From assembly GCA_045599645.1 (NCBI GenBank), contig JAZRWI010000080.1, positions 15,735 to 79,734 of the forward strand: DNA of 64,000 bases. Direction: 5' to 3'. This document shows, in pieces, positions 8,734-18,336 of this stretch. The stretch comes from Candidatus Avigastranaerophilus sp. (lineage in GTDB: Bacteria > Muiribacteriota > Ozemobacteria > Ozemobacterales > Ozemobacteraceae). The position numbers and the translations under genes were made by a program. Below the pieces are notes generated by a model that worked only from the letters and a program-made list of their open reading frames with translations, did not search any database and was not told the DNA's origin. The first letter of the stretch is position 1. Every line of letters begins with the position of its first letter.

Positions 8734-9624
8734 TTATTCACCAAGCTTAAAAATCTGGCGAAGCTTAGCTGAATTAATCATATCAGCAGCTTTTAAATCA
8801 GCCCAGTCATATTTTGTGTTAAAACCGGTTTCAAGACTTTCACGATTTTCTGGATTATATAATGCTGCTCTTACCAGACAGCTTTGGATAAGAACCTGTG
8901 ACATCTGCATTGCAGCTATGAAATTATCAGGGTCTATTTCAGTCAGCTTCACACCATTTTTATTCAAAGCTTCAGCAGGATACGTAAAGCAAGAAGCATT
9001 ATCAGCTATTTCTGAGTTAATCTTAATATTATCAAAAACAACGGTTGAATCACCCATATCAATAGTTAAGCTTTTAAATGGGAATGCAGATTTTGTATCA
9101 ATAACAGTAGTTTCCTTAGATTTCTGGCTGGTATAGCCAGTAATTTCAAGCAAACCATCTTTTTCAGTAGCAGCCATATTATCATCAGCCGGCTTGGCTA
9201 AATCAAGAAAGCTGACATTAATAGCATTTTCCTTTTCCTGTTCATTTGGTCTGTGATAGAAAACATTTGCTACAAGCTGAGCATTTTCATATATAATCTT
9301 AACAATATTAATATTGCCTGTGGCAAGCCATATCTGTTTAGACATAGCATCATAGAAAAGAGCCTTGTCATCTCTTATAACAAGAACAGGGGTTTTATCC
9401 TTATCAAAAAGATTAAAGCCAAAATGACCGCTGCTTTTATACCAGTTCTGAACTGTATAAACATCACCTTCATTTGTTATAGACAGCTGAAAATGGAAGG
9501 TTTCAATGTTTTTATCAGGTATGGAAATATTTGGAACATATTTTTCAAGAAGTTCCATTGGTGTCTGTGCATAGCAAGAGCATGCTGTAAAAATCAATAA
9601 AAATAAGGCGATAAATCTTTTCAT
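8734..9624 (-). CDS. Secreted lipoprotein, hypothetical
   Basis: I placed the start at the ATG at 9624 (MKRFIALFLLIFTACSC, lipobox FTAC, GGAGAA RBS 5 nt upstream); the ORF track extended it to 9714. There is a 9-nt gap to the downstream metallopeptidase gene. Confidence 0.45.
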   Translation of the reverse strand: MKRFIALFLLIFTACSCYAQTPMELLEKYVPNISIPDKNIETFHFQLSITNEGDVYTVQNWYKSSGHFGFNLFDKDKTPVLVIRDDKALFYDAMSKQIWLATGNINIVKIIYENAQLVANVFYHRPNEQEKENAINVSFLDLAKPADDNMAATEKDGLLEITGYTSQKSKETTVIDTKSAFPFKSLTIDMGDSTVVFDNIKINSEIADNASCFTYPAEALNKNGVKLTEIDPDNFIAAMQMSQVLIQSCLVRAALYNPENRESLETGFNTKYDWADLKAADMINSAKLRQIFKLGE

Positions 9625-9800
9625 GTTTTCTCCTAATATACAAGCGTTTGCCATACATCTATAATTCTTACAAAAGGGTCTATTTGTCAAGATTTGACTT
9701 TTATTATCCGGCAATTTATACTTAATTAATCAAGAAAAATGCGAGATTTAATAAGGCATGAAATGCTGGTATAACCTCAAGGTTCGTTGCCAGCCGTCAT

Positions 9801-10943
9801 TTGAGGAGTGGAGAATTGGCTGAAGGAAAACCATTTATTAAATGTGGCCAGCTTTTCGACCATACAGACGCTTTTGAATATACCCCTGAAACAGAGCAGC
9901 TTTTCGTTGATGCTATGAACGAAGCTTTGCGCTGGCATGCAAACCACTGTCCAGATTACAAAGCTTTTCTAGCAGAAAATGGCCTTGCTGATTTAAAACA
10001 AAAATATTCACCAGAACAGATTCCACCTCTATTAGTAAGCATATTCAAGGAATTTAAACTGGCTTCTGTGCCTGATAAGCAGGTAAAAATAGAATTAACC
10101 TCCTCAGAAACAGGTGGACGCAAAAGTGCAATAATACTGGATGCACGCTCATATAAAAGGATACTGAAAATAGTAGAAAATATTTTTGGTTCCCTTGGTC
10201 TGGTGGACCACAAGCAGAAGGTTAATTATCTTTGCTTCACATATGACCCCAAATACGCTGTCAATGTAGGAACAGCTTTTTCCTACAAGCTTTTGACAGA
10301 TTTAACAGCTCATAGAAGTGTTTATTATGCTATTAGATTCGATAAAAAGACAGGCGAATTCAATTTCGACGCAGAAGCAGCAGCAAAAAAACTGATTGAT
10401 TTCAGCACCCACCCTGAACCAGTCAGAATACTTGGTTTTCCTGCTTATCTATGGCAGGTCTGTGACTGGTTGGAAAAGAACAACATGGATTTGAAGCTTG
10501 GCAAGAAATCCTTCATCATCACTGGTGGCGGTTGGAAAATCCATAAAGACCTTGAAGTTACCAAGGATATTTTCAAAGATCGTGTAAATAAGATTCTTGG
10601 TATCCCACATGAAAATGTCAGAGACCTGTTCGGCATGGTTGAGCACGGCATTCCTTATGTTGACTGTGAATGTGGAAGGTTGCATGTTCCGATTTATGCC
10701 AGAGCAATGTGCGTAGACCCGGAAACCTTGTTCCAGGTAGAAGATGGCGAAGAGGGTCTTCTCTATCTTATGACGCCCTATATTTCAAGCTATCCGTCAA
10801 TATCACTGCTAACTACAGATAAAGCAGTCATAGAAGATAACTGCCCATGTGGCAGACCTGGCAAAACCTTCAGAATTATCGGAAGAGCCGGAATGGCAAA
10901 GCATAAAGGCTGCGCAATCAATGCACTGGAGCTTCTAAAATGA
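9801..10943 (+). CDS. LuxE-like acyl-protein synthetase (ANL/PaaK-like adenylating enzyme)
   Basis: ~380 aa with a P-loop-like TSSETGGRKS, GGGWK, and the C-terminal CPCGRPGKTFRIIGRAG motif typical of PaaK/LuxE. The exact start is uncertain. Confidence 0.55.
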   Translation: MRSGELAEGKPFIKCGQLFDHTDAFEYTPETEQLFVDAMNEALRWHANHCPDYKAFLAENGLADLKQKYSPEQIPPLLVSIFKEFKLASVPDKQVKIELTSSETGGRKSAIILDARSYKRILKIVENIFGSLGLVDHKQKVNYLCFTYDPKYAVNVGTAFSYKLLTDLTAHRSVYYAIRFDKKTGEFNFDAEAAAKKLIDFSTHPEPVRILGFPAYLWQVCDWLEKNNMDLKLGKKSFIITGGGWKIHKDLEVTKDIFKDRVNKILGIPHENVRDLFGMVEHGIPYVDCECGRLHVPIYARAMCVDPETLFQVEDGEEGLLYLMTPYISSYPSISLLTTDKAVIEDNCPCGRPGKTFRIIGRAGMAKHKGCAINALELLK

Positions 10944-12793
10944 TCAATAACAAGATTTTTGTTTTCGGACAGGAATTAGCATCAGATTGGCTTTGTGCAG
11001 AAACAGCAAACGAGCTGCTTGACGAAGCCTATGAAAAGTCTAAGCTTGCAGCTGAACCGGACATAGAATGCATATTAGAAATTTTTGATAATGTATCAAA
11101 AGCCTGGTCTGACCCAGAGTATAAGCTACGTAAAAAAGCAGTAGAAATATTGCCACAGCTCACTTCATTCAGTGCAGAAATGATTGAGGAAGGTTTAAAT
11201 GTTGTCAGCTCAATATGTTCAAGAAAGAGTCTTGAAAAGCGTTTATACAGTGAAATAGGCAGTCTGGAAGCCTTAAATGAAGGCGAAGAACGACCACATA
11301 ACAATTATAGATTAAAAGCACAACCAAGAGGAGTAGTTCTTCATATTAGCACTGGTAATGTGTTTGTAGACACTGTTGATAGTCTGATTTCCGGAATCAT
11401 AACAAAGAATGCCAACATTCTTAAAATGTCAGGAACGAACCCTGTTTTCCCTGTTCTGTTCCTGGAAAGCATAAAAGAGTTTGACCCAGCAGGTATCATA
11501 TGGGCAAATCAGGCAATTGTAGCCTGGAATGGCGGTAATAGAGCCATAGAAGATGTTCTTTTTAACGGAAAGCTGACACTTGTGTTCTGGGGCGAACGCA
11601 AAGCCTTAGATTCATTAAAGCCACGTTTAGGCCGACAAGTTAAGCTTATAGAAAACGAACCAAGGTATTCCTTTGCTGTAATAGAAGGCAAATGTCTGAA
11701 ACCCAATGCTCCAGAAAATGTTGTCAGAGGTCTGGCCTTAGATGTTTGCCGATGGAATCAGCAAGCCTGCTCATCTCCTCATGTGGTTTATGTCATAGAC
11801 AAGGATTTAAAAACATCACACCAGCTGATAGAAGCTCTGTTCGATGAAATGATTCAAGTCAGCGAGGAACTGCCTCACGGTAATTTAAGCTTTGATGAAA
11901 AGGTAGAAATCCGTAAAGTCCGCGAAATAGCACGCATGATGCAGGTTCGCAGTGAAGGAAGACTTGTTTGCCCGGAAGAATTTGATTTCACACTTGTTCT
12001 GGAATATGACCCTGCTTTCAAGATTTCATGCCTGAACAGAACATTATTCATAAAGCGTGTAACAAATATTGAAGACTTAATAGAGCAGCTTTCACCTATA
12101 TCTGATTATCTTCAGACAGCTGGTTTATGTTGTTCAACAGATTTTACAAATATCTTTGAGCATGAATTATTCAATCTTGGCGTTAAAAGAATCACAGATA
12201 TTGGTGGAATGACCGAAAGCCATGAAGGAGCCCCGCGTGAAGGTTATTTCATTTTACGTGACCTGGTTGAATGGGTTGCCGTTGAATATAAGAACGATTA
12301 TCAATCAAGAATAGAACGACTTCTTAAGAACCTCTGTTCTTCACCATATTACTGCCAGTTAATTGAAGAAGCAGGCGGCTGTAGTTATAACAGCTTTCTC
12401 AAGCTTCCTTTCCTTGATAAAGACAGTTTTTACAGAATTTCTCCACCAGAAGCCAACAACATTCCGAGCAGGCCTATGGCAGATACCTGTATCGATACAG
12501 GACTCGTAGGCTGGCAATGCGCCCACATTCCTGGAACTATACATCATGTTCCAGAGGAGTATTGCTATGTCGAAATTATTTCTACAAAAGACCAATCAAT
12601 TATTGAAGATGATACTCCGGGGGAAATAGTTGTAACCAACTTAGACCATAAGCTTCAGCCAATTATCCGCTATAGAACCGGTGACCTAGGCCGTTGGGTA
12701 GAAATAGAAAAATGCCCTTGCGGTTTTACAGGTAAATCCTTTGAATTGCTTGGCCGCTGTGACGACCTGATTGTAGAAAGAACAATCAAATAA
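10940..12793 (+). CDS. LuxC-like acyl-CoA reductase (ALDH-like fold) fused to a short PaaK-like C-terminal module
   Basis: The N-terminal ~440 aa are ALDH/LuxC-like with candidate catalytic Cys in WNQQACSSPH. The C-terminal ~175 aa carry LPFLDKDSFYRI...IRYRTGDLG...CPCGFTGKSFELLGRCDDL but no P-loop. It overlaps the upstream gene by 4 nt. Confidence 0.5.
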   Translation: MINNKIFVFGQELASDWLCAETANELLDEAYEKSKLAAEPDIECILEIFDNVSKAWSDPEYKLRKKAVEILPQLTSFSAEMIEEGLNVVSSICSRKSLEKRLYSEIGSLEALNEGEERPHNNYRLKAQPRGVVLHISTGNVFVDTVDSLISGIITKNANILKMSGTNPVFPVLFLESIKEFDPAGIIWANQAIVAWNGGNRAIEDVLFNGKLTLVFWGERKALDSLKPRLGRQVKLIENEPRYSFAVIEGKCLKPNAPENVVRGLALDVCRWNQQACSSPHVVYVIDKDLKTSHQLIEALFDEMIQVSEELPHGNLSFDEKVEIRKVREIARMMQVRSEGRLVCPEEFDFTLVLEYDPAFKISCLNRTLFIKRVTNIEDLIEQLSPISDYLQTAGLCCSTDFTNIFEHELFNLGVKRITDIGGMTESHEGAPREGYFILRDLVEWVAVEYKNDYQSRIERLLKNLCSSPYYCQLIEEAGGCSYNSFLKLPFLDKDSFYRISPPEANNIPSRPMADTCIDTGLVGWQCAHIPGTIHHVPEEYCYVEIISTKDQSIIEDDTPGEIVVTNLDHKLQPIIRYRTGDLGRWVEIEKCPCGFTGKSFELLGRCDDLIVERTIK

Positions 12794-14090
12794 AAATAAA
12801 ATAAGTTATCATTTCGGCTACCAGCATTGTTGCCCACACGCCACTCAGACCCCATAACTTCGATAGCAGCAGCAAAACCGGTATAGTGATTATTCCACCT
12901 CGGCAAGCAGAAAGCCAGAAGGACTTTCCAGGCTTGTCGCACGAAGCCAGAATCTGAGTATTAACAATATTACCTCCCCAGAAAATCATAGCCGTGAAAA
13001 AGATTTTTATTCCTAAGTCTGCTATGCCTATCAATTCAATATTATTTTCAAAATTAAATATATTGATTATTGGAGTTCGGAATACAAAAAGAATAAAATA
13101 AAGTAATATACTGATTGCTTTTGTAAGAGTATATGCCCAACCGGATATTTTTTTAACAAGCATCTGGTCCCCTTCACCATAGGAATAACTGACAAGGGGC
13201 TGAATACCCTGAGAAACGCCTGTAAATATAGCTGTAACCACAATAGCAATATTAGCAATAATACCATAAGCAGCAACACCAATATTTCCTGAGCATTTCA
13301 GGACAACCAGATTAAAAAATATCATTACAAAACCAGTAGAAAACTCAGTAATAAAGGAAGGGAAGCCTAGCGTTAAGATATCAATTATCCTTGAGAAATC
13401 AATTTTTGGTATTTCAAACTCAAATCTACCAAGATAAAAGCAATAAATTATTATCTGGAAGCCCAATGCAATAGCAGGAGCAACGCCAGAAGCCAAGGCA
13501 GCTCCCCAGATTCCGTAATTCAAAATATAAATGAAAATATAATCAAGAACCAGATTGCTAAAGCTGTTTATCAAAGCAGCTGTCATAGCAAACTTAGGAT
13601 GACCGGCGGCTCTATAAATACAGATCCCAAACCCATTAAGAATAATCATTAAACTGAATAAAAAGATAGTGCTTATGTATGTGCTGGAATAAGGCAGCAG
13701 TTTATCATCAGCACCCATCAGTTTCATAAGCTCATTACTGTTTAAATATCCGATGAATCCTATAAAACATCCCAAAACCACTGAAGTAAATACCCCAAGA
13801 ATAATTGCCTGTACAGCAGAATCCTTTCGCTTCTCACCTAAAAGTATTGAATATCTGACTGATGTTCCCATGCCAAGCATAATGCCAGTAGCTGACACAA
13901 GAAAGAAGAATGGTAAAGCGATATTTAAGCCGGCAAGAGCATTGAGACCAATTTTGGTAGCTATAAAATATGTATCAAAAAGAACATAAGCGGAAACACC
14001 GAGCATGCTCAAAACGTTCAATGATACATATTTTATAAAATCATGAAAAATATCTGAAAATTCTTTTTGATTGCTCAATATAGCTACCAA
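12786..14090 (-). CDS. MATE-family efflux transporter
   Basis: 434 aa, ~12 TM helices, overall MATE-like composition and size. Its end overlaps the LuxC-like stop by 8 nt (convergent). Confidence 0.7.
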   Translation of the reverse strand: MVAILSNQKEFSDIFHDFIKYVSLNVLSMLGVSAYVLFDTYFIATKIGLNALAGLNIALPFFFLVSATGIMLGMGTSVRYSILLGEKRKDSAVQAIILGVFTSVVLGCFIGFIGYLNSNELMKLMGADDKLLPYSSTYISTIFLFSLMIILNGFGICIYRAAGHPKFAMTAALINSFSNLVLDYIFIYILNYGIWGAALASGVAPAIALGFQIIIYCFYLGRFEFEIPKIDFSRIIDILTLGFPSFITEFSTGFVMIFFNLVVLKCSGNIGVAAYGIIANIAIVVTAIFTGVSQGIQPLVSYSYGEGDQMLVKKISGWAYTLTKAISILLYFILFVFRTPIINIFNFENNIELIGIADLGIKIFFTAMIFWGGNIVNTQILASCDKPGKSFWLSACRGGIITIPVLLLLSKLWGLSGVWATMLVAEMITYFIFI

Positions 14091-14115
14091 TTTTGCCTGA
14101 AGCTAACAGTCAGGT

Positions 14116-15249
14116 TCATTTCTTTTTATAAGTTGCAAATATTGCAGATGCAGGAAGCTTCTGAATTAACCAGTCTTTTTCGCCTTTTTCTTCAGCAAGC
14201 TTGATAATAGAATCTATTATCTTGTCTGCTTCTTCGTTTTTAACGCACATAATAGCATTTTCGTAGGTTGATGTTTTATTATCTGCACGTGGCTCATCAG
14301 CCAAACTGATATATCTCATGTTTATAAGAGTAGCACCAGCTGCACCGCCATCCATAGCTGTCTGAATATAATCATCGCTATGGCCGACAGGACAAATAAA
14401 ACTAATTTCCCTATGAGAGAAGGTTGTAGTTGAATTCAGAATTCTTTCACTACTATTTTCAAATGTGCGCTTTCGCCAATCAGTATTTTGCTTAAGATCA
14501 TCGATAGCAGCCACAATCTGTTCCATGCTGGCTGTCTGTGTTTGATTTCCAACTCTAATAAGCGGATCTACCAAGCCACAATTTACATGGGTCTGATACA
14601 TAAATCCACCACCAGGTCTATTCAGCTTACCTTTTTCAATAAGCATATTCTGCAAGCCATTGGCATCAAATGAAGGAACCAGCAGATAAGTCAATTCTTT
14701 TTCTGGTGTAATAGTGATTCTAAGCAAACCTAATCTATCTCTGATACCTGTTCCTTTGCCAAGGCTGACTGTTGGCAAACCAGCCCCGTGCCTCAATGCA
14801 ACCTTAGAAATATTATCACCTGTTGCAGAAAAGGACTGAATACCGGTAATCATTGTTAAATCATGAATAACATTACCCTTACACAAGCCTTCATCCATTT
14901 TCAAATCAGGAACGTCACTGCCACCTATTTCGAAAATATCCTGAGCCAGAACACTGCCTCGCCCCGGAATCCTTAAATCAAGCTTGTTAATCAGGTATAA
15001 TGCAACTGCTTCAGCTTTATCAAAAGCAACAATAAACCTGATAATATCGGTCGGGGAATCTTCAATCGGGTCTTCAAAACCAAGAATAGTCCAAATTGTA
15101 GGTTTTTCGTGAATACGAACAGTTCTTGCACTTTCAGCAAATACCGATTGGCAGCCAATAGACTTTATAACTTCCAAAGCCTGTTTCTGAAGGGCATGAT
15201 GAATCATCAGGGTAATACGTGATTTCTTACCATATTCTGTTTTATTCAT
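14116..15249 (-). CDS. Protein with two P-II (GlnB)-like domains flanking a central ~170-aa domain
   Basis: Residues ~10-100 and ~280-377 show P-II-like beta-alpha-beta-beta-alpha-beta patterning (e.g. ISFICPVGHSDDYIQTAMDGGAAGATLINMRY...ENAIMCVKNEEADKIIDSIIKLA). 4-nt overlap with the upstream membrane gene and a 25-nt gap to MATE. Confidence 0.4.
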   Translation of the reverse strand: MNKTEYGKKSRITLMIHHALQKQALEVIKSIGCQSVFAESARTVRIHEKPTIWTILGFEDPIEDSPTDIIRFIVAFDKAEAVALYLINKLDLRIPGRGSVLAQDIFEIGGSDVPDLKMDEGLCKGNVIHDLTMITGIQSFSATGDNISKVALRHGAGLPTVSLGKGTGIRDRLGLLRITITPEKELTYLLVPSFDANGLQNMLIEKGKLNRPGGGFMYQTHVNCGLVDPLIRVGNQTQTASMEQIVAAIDDLKQNTDWRKRTFENSSERILNSTTTFSHREISFICPVGHSDDYIQTAMDGGAAGATLINMRYISLADEPRADNKTSTYENAIMCVKNEEADKIIDSIIKLAEEKGEKDWLIQKLPASAIFATYKKK

Positions 15250-17396
15250 TTCTTAACCTCCCCATTATCACCCAGATGCCTATTCTGGCGTTTTCTGATT
15301 CTAATACCAAAAGCAAGCATTGTTATAATCGGGAACAAAGATGCCATTGAAACAATACCAAAGCCGTCAACAACATTGAGACCACCGCCAATACCAAGAC
15401 CCATGGCAAGAACGAGAGGAACAGTGATAGGACCGGTTGTAACTCCGCCTGAATCCCATGCAAGTCCAGTAAATTCCTCATCACAGAAATGTGTTAGAAC
15501 AAGCAAGGCTATATATCCAGGTATCAGTAACCAACAGGCAGGAATGTCATAAATAAGCTTTAACACTCCTACCAGAAGTCCTATTCCAACACCTATAGAA
15601 ACAGTTCCTACGACCTTTTTGCGTTTAACAGTACCAACAGTCATTTCTTCAACGGTAATACCCAAAGCATTAAGAGCAGGTTCTGCAACCGTTGAACCAT
15701 AGCCCATGCCGAAAGCAAAAAGACAAATCAGGAATATGCCTAATCTTGAAACCTTAGTTTTTGTAAAAAATCTAGCAACCTTTGTTGTCCATAAAACATC
15801 TTTCTGCTGAATGTATTCATAGGTTCCAGTTTCTTCGTTATACTTTGTTTTATCGAAAGCCACTGTTTTCAGATTATTTGACTTATCAGAGAAATAAAAA
15901 TACTTAGTCAGCTTACCTTGGCCATTGTAAGCAGATATCATAGAATTCTTATCAAAATTCTTAATAAGAACGCGTCCTTCTTCCTGGGTTTCACTCTTAT
16001 ACATGGTTGGAAGATTTTTACCAATCTGATTTCCTAAGGAAGACAGGCCTAACTGAATACCTGTTGTAAGTATTGCCATACCAAACAACGCTAATACTAT
16101 GCCAAGAATTACCTCATCAGCCTTTTTCAGTTTATCCCTAAGCAGGAATACAAGAACAAGCAGCAGTAATAAAACCAGAGGAACGACAGCAAATATAGCA
16201 TTATAAGCTTCTTCCTTGAATATTTTCTTTATATCATACTTATTGTTATCATATTCCCTATCATATTCTGCTGTTACTTTATTGATTTGTTCATCAGTTT
16301 CATACTCTTCTGCAATTTTTTGAGAAATCAACTGCTTTTCTTCTTCATTGGCTTTTGTGCGCAACCAATCAGTAAGAGAAACTGTTCCTAATAGTTTTGG
16401 ATTGTTTTCTTTTTCATTTATCAGTGACAAAACAGCTGCATGATATTTTTCCTGGTCATTATAGTAAGAAATTCTGCCTGCAGATGTGCCTCTCTGAAAA
16501 GCCAATGACTGCATAGCTTCTTCTGTCTTCATAGTTTCCAAGGCTTTTGCCCTATATGCCTGAGAGAAGAATTCTATTTCTGACATTGGCTTTGGTGTCG
16601 TTGTATTCAGATACATACCCATTACAAACACACCTAAAACAGGGAATAGAGATGCAAGTGTAACAACACCAAGTCCTGAAGCAGCAGCGCTGTTATTTTT
16701 ACCACTAGCCTTGCTAATACCAATACCCATGGCTAATACAAGAGGAACCGTAACCGGACCTGTTGTAACACCACCTGTATCCCAAGCAAGATTAATGATA
16801 TATTTCAGGTTTTCATCAAATGCAAAAACACCGGACATTACCAGCAATATAGGAACTAGAAAATATAGAAAAGGCTTGAGGGCCATTCCGAAATAAAAAC
16901 GAGCCATACCGGCAGCAACAGCTAAGCCAACGCCGCCACCGACAGCCCAAACAAGAAGGTTATTGTCTACTTCCAAAAATCTGTATAACAGCGGTGTAGC
17001 CCAAGGAGTCACACCTTCGCCTGCCATTCTCAAGGTAGATATGGACGGTTCTGCAAGGGTAGCACCAAAACCCAGCAAAAGCCCAAATATCATTATTACC
17101 CAGAAATTTGTTTTTTGTGGCAATTGAACACCGACTCTGTCGCCAAGTGGCATCAAACCAAGGAAAAGTCCTTCAAGGAAAGAAGCAAGACCCAAAACAA
17201 CGAGACCAACACCTATCGCCATCTGAATAGCAGATTCTGGGGCTGATTGTAATACTATAATCTTGAAAGCAATCAAGTATATAATAATAAAAGCGACAGC
17301 CTTTATCTGCTCTTTCAGCTTTATTTTTATATAATTAAGTACCATTGGTATTGATACTTTCAGAGGGAACTTCAAGTTTCTCGTTTTTGGCGCCAT
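15246..17396 (-). CDS. Membrane protein with internally duplicated DUF1538-like halves and a ~270-aa soluble/coiled-coil insert
   Basis: The two halves share DTGGVTTGPVTVPLVLAMGIGIS / DSGGVTTGPITVPLVLAMGLGIG and ASLFPV/ASLFPI motifs. The central region (~res 265-540) is charged and K/E-rich. Confidence 0.45.
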   Translation of the reverse strand: MAPKTRNLKFPLKVSIPMVLNYIKIKLKEQIKAVAFIIIYLIAFKIIVLQSAPESAIQMAIGVGLVVLGLASFLEGLFLGLMPLGDRVGVQLPQKTNFWVIMIFGLLLGFGATLAEPSISTLRMAGEGVTPWATPLLYRFLEVDNNLLVWAVGGGVGLAVAAGMARFYFGMALKPFLYFLVPILLVMSGVFAFDENLKYIINLAWDTGGVTTGPVTVPLVLAMGIGISKASGKNNSAAASGLGVVTLASLFPVLGVFVMGMYLNTTTPKPMSEIEFFSQAYRAKALETMKTEEAMQSLAFQRGTSAGRISYYNDQEKYHAAVLSLINEKENNPKLLGTVSLTDWLRTKANEEEKQLISQKIAEEYETDEQINKVTAEYDREYDNNKYDIKKIFKEEAYNAIFAVVPLVLLLLLVLVFLLRDKLKKADEVILGIVLALFGMAILTTGIQLGLSSLGNQIGKNLPTMYKSETQEEGRVLIKNFDKNSMISAYNGQGKLTKYFYFSDKSNNLKTVAFDKTKYNEETGTYEYIQQKDVLWTTKVARFFTKTKVSRLGIFLICLFAFGMGYGSTVAEPALNALGITVEEMTVGTVKRKKVVGTVSIGVGIGLLVGVLKLIYDIPACWLLIPGYIALLVLTHFCDEEFTGLAWDSGGVTTGPITVPLVLAMGLGIGGGLNVVDGFGIVSMASLFPIITMLAFGIRIRKRQNRHLGDNGEVKK

Positions 17397-17418
17397 TGCT
17401 AATTCCTTGTTTTATTTC

Positions 17419-18336
17419 TTAGTGCTTATTTGCAGATTTTAAGAACTTATAGAGATCAGATTCAGTGGAAATAACCAGCTTAAAGTTGTTTTTAACTGTT
17501 TTTTCCAATGCTTCCAATGATCTATAGAATTCATAAAATTCGGGGTCTTTGTTATATGCTTCTGCGTAGATGCGGGCTGCATCAGCATCAGCCTTACCCT
17601 TAATTTCTGCAGATTTTTTGAAGGCTTCTGAAGTGATTTTCTTCAGTTCCTTTTCCATTTCACCGAGAATTTCTGCCATAGTACCTTCACCTTCAGAACG
17701 ATACTGGGCAGCAACCTTATTACGTTCAGAAATCATGCGTTCGTAAACCTTTTCACGAACCTTATCAATGTAATTTATTCTCTTAATCTGGATATCAATA
17801 ATTTCAATACCATAGTCAGGAACGCTTACCTTAGCCTTTTCAAGCATTTCGGCAATGATTTCCTTGCGGCTTTTTCTTGGGCCGTCAAGCGTTTCGGTAT
17901 CTTCATCAGAAGAAGTATCCGGTTTGTAATTTTCGCCTCTGACTAAGTCAACAAGGTAATTTGAAGAAACAGAATCGCGGACTACAGAGTCGATAATATC
18001 GTCAAGTCTGCTGTGTGCACCTGAAACATTAGCAACAGTCCTGAAGAATTTCAGTGGATCCTTGATTTTCCATCTGGCAGTTGCATCAACCCATATATAT
18101 TTCTTTTCCTTAGTGGTAATCTGGTTCGGATCACCATCCCACTTAAGAATACGACTTTCAAAATAAAAAGCATCTTCAATAAAAGGAACCTTGAAATGCA
18201 AGCCAGGCATGCATATATCACCAACCGGCTTACCAAAACGGGTTACAATTGCCTGCTGTCCTTCATTGACAACAAAGAAGCTTCCACCAATAACACAAAG
18301 TAATAAAATGGCTATAACAGAAACAAAGTATTTCAT
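17419..18336 (-). CDS. hflC: SPFH/band-7 protein HflC
   Basis: N-terminal TM helix plus SPFH domain. The start overlaps the hflK stop by 4 nt, and the order hflK-hflC is conserved. Confidence 0.8.
   Translation of the reverse strand: MKYFVSVIAILLLCVIGGSFFVVNEGQQAIVTRFGKPVGDICMPGLHFKVPFIEDAFYFESRILKWDGDPNQITTKEKKYIWVDATARWKIKDPLKFFRTVANVSGAHSRLDDIIDSVVRDSVSSNYLVDLVRGENYKPDTSSDEDTETLDGPRKSRKEIIAEMLEKAKVSVPDYGIEIIDIQIKRINYIDKVREKVYERMISERNKVAAQYRSEGEGTMAEILGEMEKELKKITSEAFKKSAEIKGKADADAARIYAEAYNKDPEFYEFYRSLEALEKTVKNNFKLVISTESDLYKFLKSANKH

Noticed and set aside
8711-9600. Plus-strand ORFs (141 aa and 115 aa) overlapping the minus-strand lipoprotein gene
   Set aside because: Antisense to a signal-peptide-bearing gene with a clear RBS and start. 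Their composition is typical of spurious frames.
9683-9702. Imperfect palindrome TTGTCAAGATTTGACTT upstream of the LuxE-like gene
   Set aside because: Only 5-bp arms (GTCAA/TTGAC) with mismatches, which is within chance expectation in AT-rich DNA.
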